DNA from: Aulosira sp. ZfuVER01
GTDB taxonomy: Bacteria; Cyanobacteriota; Cyanobacteriia; Cyanobacteriales; Nostocaceae
Assembly (NCBI GenBank): GCA_034530615.2
Contig: JAVRCV020000028.1
Location: 64,001-128,000, forward strand
DNA: 64,000 bases
Direction: 5' to 3'
The notes beneath the pieces are model-generated. The model was given only the letters and a program-made list of their open reading frames with translations. It did not search any database and had not been told where the DNA came from. Positions 61,531 to 64,000 of the stretch are shown here, one piece after another (the first letter of the stretch is position 1; each line of letters opens with the position of its first letter). The position numbers and the translations under genes are program-made.

Positions 61531-62118
61531 TTATGAGGATGCCCTAGATAAATTATGTTCGACCATTTGTGCGAAATTCGCCTCAGTTAAATAGCGCCGT
61601 TCGGAGCAATATGTCATTAAATACACGCCATTCATCATCCGTACTGTGCTGACGCGCACCCGGAAATCATCAGTCATGAACCAACAGCGTTCCTGTCCCT
61701 GGTTAGTTTCGTATTCGGTATCGATGGTTAAAATGCCGTCTTGGCCAAACCAGTAACGACTGACTACCGGAATTTTTTCCACATAGCCTTGGTTACGGAG
61801 CAGTTTACCCGATCGCCCCGTCTCATCATCTGGGACATCAATCAACACCGCTGCTTGATCCGGATTGGGTTCGCGGTCATCGTCGTGTTCTTGCCACATA
61901 AAGCTAGCACCTCCCTTGGCACTAGCTGGATCGATACCTTGCAGTTCGCAGATTGCTTTCACCCGTGGATCGTTCGCTGTGATCGCGTCCACATAGAGCT
62001 TTGATTCTCCCGACTGATCCGCAACTGTATCAAAGTGATGCACCGTGCGCTGGGTAAACCATACGCCTTCACTCTTGCGGAAAAAGTCCATCATCGTCAT
62101 TGGTGTGAGAAACGGCAT
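61531..62118 (-). CDS. cpeU: S/U-type phycobiliprotein lyase, probably CpeU
   Basis: FF..SEG.W..QR.VHH, GKLLR..GY.E and ERCWF motifs; located in a phycoerythrobilin locus. Family is clear; subtype assigned from memory. Confidence 0.65.
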   Translation of the reverse strand: MPFLTPMTMMDFFRKSEGVWFTQRTVHHFDTVADQSGESKLYVDAITANDPRVKAICELQGIDPASAKGGASFMWQEHDDDREPNPDQAAVLIDVPDDETGRSGKLLRNQGYVEKIPVVSRYWFGQDGILTIDTEYETNQGQERCWFMTDDFRVRVSTVRMMNGVYLMTYCSERRYLTEANFAQMVEHNLSRASS

Positions 62119-62134
62119 AAGTTATCCTTAAACA

Positions 62135-62202
62135 ATTTTGGATTTTGGATTTTAGATTGGGAAATTCTTCAATCCAAAATCCAAAATTTAAAGTCTAAAA
62201 TT
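62135..62202. repeat. Inverted STRR arrays (TTTTGGA / TCCAAAA)
   Basis: Heptamer repeats forming a hairpin between divergent genes. Confidence 0.75.
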
Positions 62203-62277
62203 CGATCAACGCCCAACTCGAATGATTGTAGATAGGGCGCGGTACAATACCCCTAAATAATCTCACGATTTCAACCC

Positions 62278-63096
62278 ATGATCAGCAGGGAGACTCACAA
62301 GACACCCCAAGACGTTTTGGCTGTCCTCAAAGCAGGACTTGCTCTGACTCAGAAAGATTTATACCAATTCAACCTCAGTGGTTTTGATTTGCAAAGAGCT
62401 AAGTTGAATAAAGCTACTTTGATTCGAGCCAATCTCAGCAAAGCCGATCTCAGTGCAGCGGATCTGAGTGCAGTTGATTTACGGGGAGCCGATCTCAGCA
62501 AAGCTATTTTGAAGGATGCCAATCTACAAGCAGCTTGTTTGTATCGAGTCGATCTTTGTGGCGCAAATTTATGGGGAGCTATTTTAACGGATGCAAAGCT
62601 GTTAGGGGCGAGATATGATAGTCAAACTCTTTTCCCAGAAGGCTTTGCCTATAAATCTTCTGGGGCGATTGGCCCAAATGCCAATTTAAATGGTGCCCAG
62701 CTGAATACAGCTAACTTGCGTCATGCTGATTTGCAGGGAGCCAGCTTGTTGGGGGCATACCTGGGAGGAGCCGATTTGACTCGTGCTAATCTCCAAGGGG
62801 CGCGGCTCAGTCAGGCTGACTTGCGGACAGCCTGGTTGGCGGGGGTATCTTTACGTAATGCTCGGTTGAATGGGGCTAACTTGGCAGGGACAGATTTGCG
62901 GGCGGCAGACTTGACCGGGGTTGAGTTTGAGCAACTTGAAAGTATTGCTGGAGCAGATTTTAGCCACGTTCAAGGGCTGAGTGAAGAAATGCGATCGCGC
63001 CTTCTGAGTCAGCCTGCACAAGAGCTAGATACACCTCATGCTTTAACCCGCCGCACCACACGCGCCAGCTTAGAAAGTATAACTATTACGATTTAG
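62278..63096 (+). CDS. Pentapeptide repeat protein
   Basis: Two blocks of A(D/N)LxG repeats separated by YD..T.FPEGF. Confidence 0.92.
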   Translation: MISRETHKTPQDVLAVLKAGLALTQKDLYQFNLSGFDLQRAKLNKATLIRANLSKADLSAADLSAVDLRGADLSKAILKDANLQAACLYRVDLCGANLWGAILTDAKLLGARYDSQTLFPEGFAYKSSGAIGPNANLNGAQLNTANLRHADLQGASLLGAYLGGADLTRANLQGARLSQADLRTAWLAGVSLRNARLNGANLAGTDLRAADLTGVEFEQLESIAGADFSHVQGLSEEMRSRLLSQPAQELDTPHALTRRTTRASLESITITI

Positions 63097-63292
63097 TGGC
63101 TGTCCAATCTTTCTTGAGCAATGCCAAAAAAGTGGCAATCCCTTTAGAAAATCCTTGCGGATCGGGCAGAAAATATTCCGGAAACTCTTCATACGGCCGC
63201 CAAGGCTCAGACGAATCATGCCGCAGGTACAAGGCCCGATCGTCCCCTTCCAGTTTCCAGAGCATTTGACCGCCGGTTGGTATTTCAGCCAT
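63086..63292 (-). CDS. Small hypothetical protein (68 aa)
   Basis: AGGAG RBS upstream on the minus strand; protein-like composition. Confidence 0.65.
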   Translation of the reverse strand: MAEIPTGGQMLWKLEGDDRALYLRHDSSEPWRPYEEFPEYFLPDPQGFSKGIATFLALLKKDWTATKS

Positions 63293-63525
63293 GTGTTTCT
63301 CCTATTGTGCAAACAAAAATACTCAGTAACAGTTTGCTCTTTTCAAATTCTGCCAGTCTAAATATTAAATTCTGTAAACATTGCTACAATACTTCTAGAC
63401 TTTTGTGCCGAATTACTGTAAAAGCATGGATACATTATATGTTTCCCCCACTGAATTAGGCATGACTTGGAGAAGTAGTTTTTTCTCCATCTAGTGAGGG
63501 AGGCAATATTGGCATCAATTCTGTT

Positions 63526-64000
63526 TCAGCGGATTAAATCTTCCATTGCCGCCCCCACTACACGGTGATCGCCATCCTGTCTCAGTTGTGCTAGGGCTTC
63601 CTTGGCTTCGGGGACATCAAAATGTTTCAAAGCATAGGCAACCCGTACCCGGATATATTCAGCCTCCGAATTTTTGAGCGTCAGGAGTTGAGATAAAGCA
63701 ACCTCAGACTGACGAGTTCCCACCAAAGCCCCCAGTGCATCTATGGATGATTCCTGCACCGCTGCATCTTCTGCTTCTAGTCCCAGAAGACAAACTTCGA
63801 GCAGTTCTTCAGGGCATTCCATTTCAACCAGAGATGCCTGGATGCTGCGACGCACTAACCAATGGTCGTCACGCAAAAATGTCTGCACCAGATGAGAAGC
63901 AGAGATTCTACCAAACAAAGACAGCGAGTTAGACGCTTCTGCTCGCACATTGGGCGTGTTATCAAACTTGATGATTTGCAGCAGGGCGGCAAAGGATTCG
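63526..64000 (-). CDS. HEAT-repeat PBS-lyase/NblB-like protein (5' end outside window)
   Basis: HEAT motifs NVRAEA, DHWLVRRS and DHRVVGA; frame stays open to the window edge. Confidence 0.8.
   Translation of the reverse strand, partial: ESFAALLQIIKFDNTPNVRAEASNSLSLFGRISASHLVQTFLRDDHWLVRRSIQASLVEMECPEELLEVCLLGLEAEDAAVQESSIDALGALVGTRQSEVALSQLLTLKNSEAEYIRVRVAYALKHFDVPEAKEALAQLRQDGDHRVVGAAMEDLIR

Overview
Chromosomal DNA from a heterocyst-forming cyanobacterium (Nostocales), judged by dense HIP1 GCGATCGC sites, heptameric STRR repeats and patD. The left part carries relA/spoT-patD, a secreted tandem-repeat protein and glpQ. It then has a 14.5-kb co-oriented DUF928 / two TpsA / TpsB / TPR-CHAT protease locus, psb34, an orphan single-module NRPS and glgA. 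The middle is mostly housekeeping (psbI, LptD-like DUF3769, ilvC) plus a DXCF cyanobacteriochrome kinase pair. The right end is a type-III chromatic acclimation and bilin locus: rcaE-rcaF-rcaC, pcyA with an L-box, pebAB with an N-box-like repeat, a CpeU-like lyase and a HEAT-repeat protein. The best candidates for poorly described biology are (1) the two-partner-secretion/caspase-like CHAT/DUF928 locus, whose TpsA paralogues share a gene-conversion tract and differ in helical insert copy number; (2) the orphan C-A-T-TE NRPS; (3) a 1.4-kb segment bounded by 31-bp direct repeats upstream of rcaE; and (4) nested miniature mobile elements and HIP1-bounded gene fragments. All family calls come from motif recognition by eye; no database search was run.
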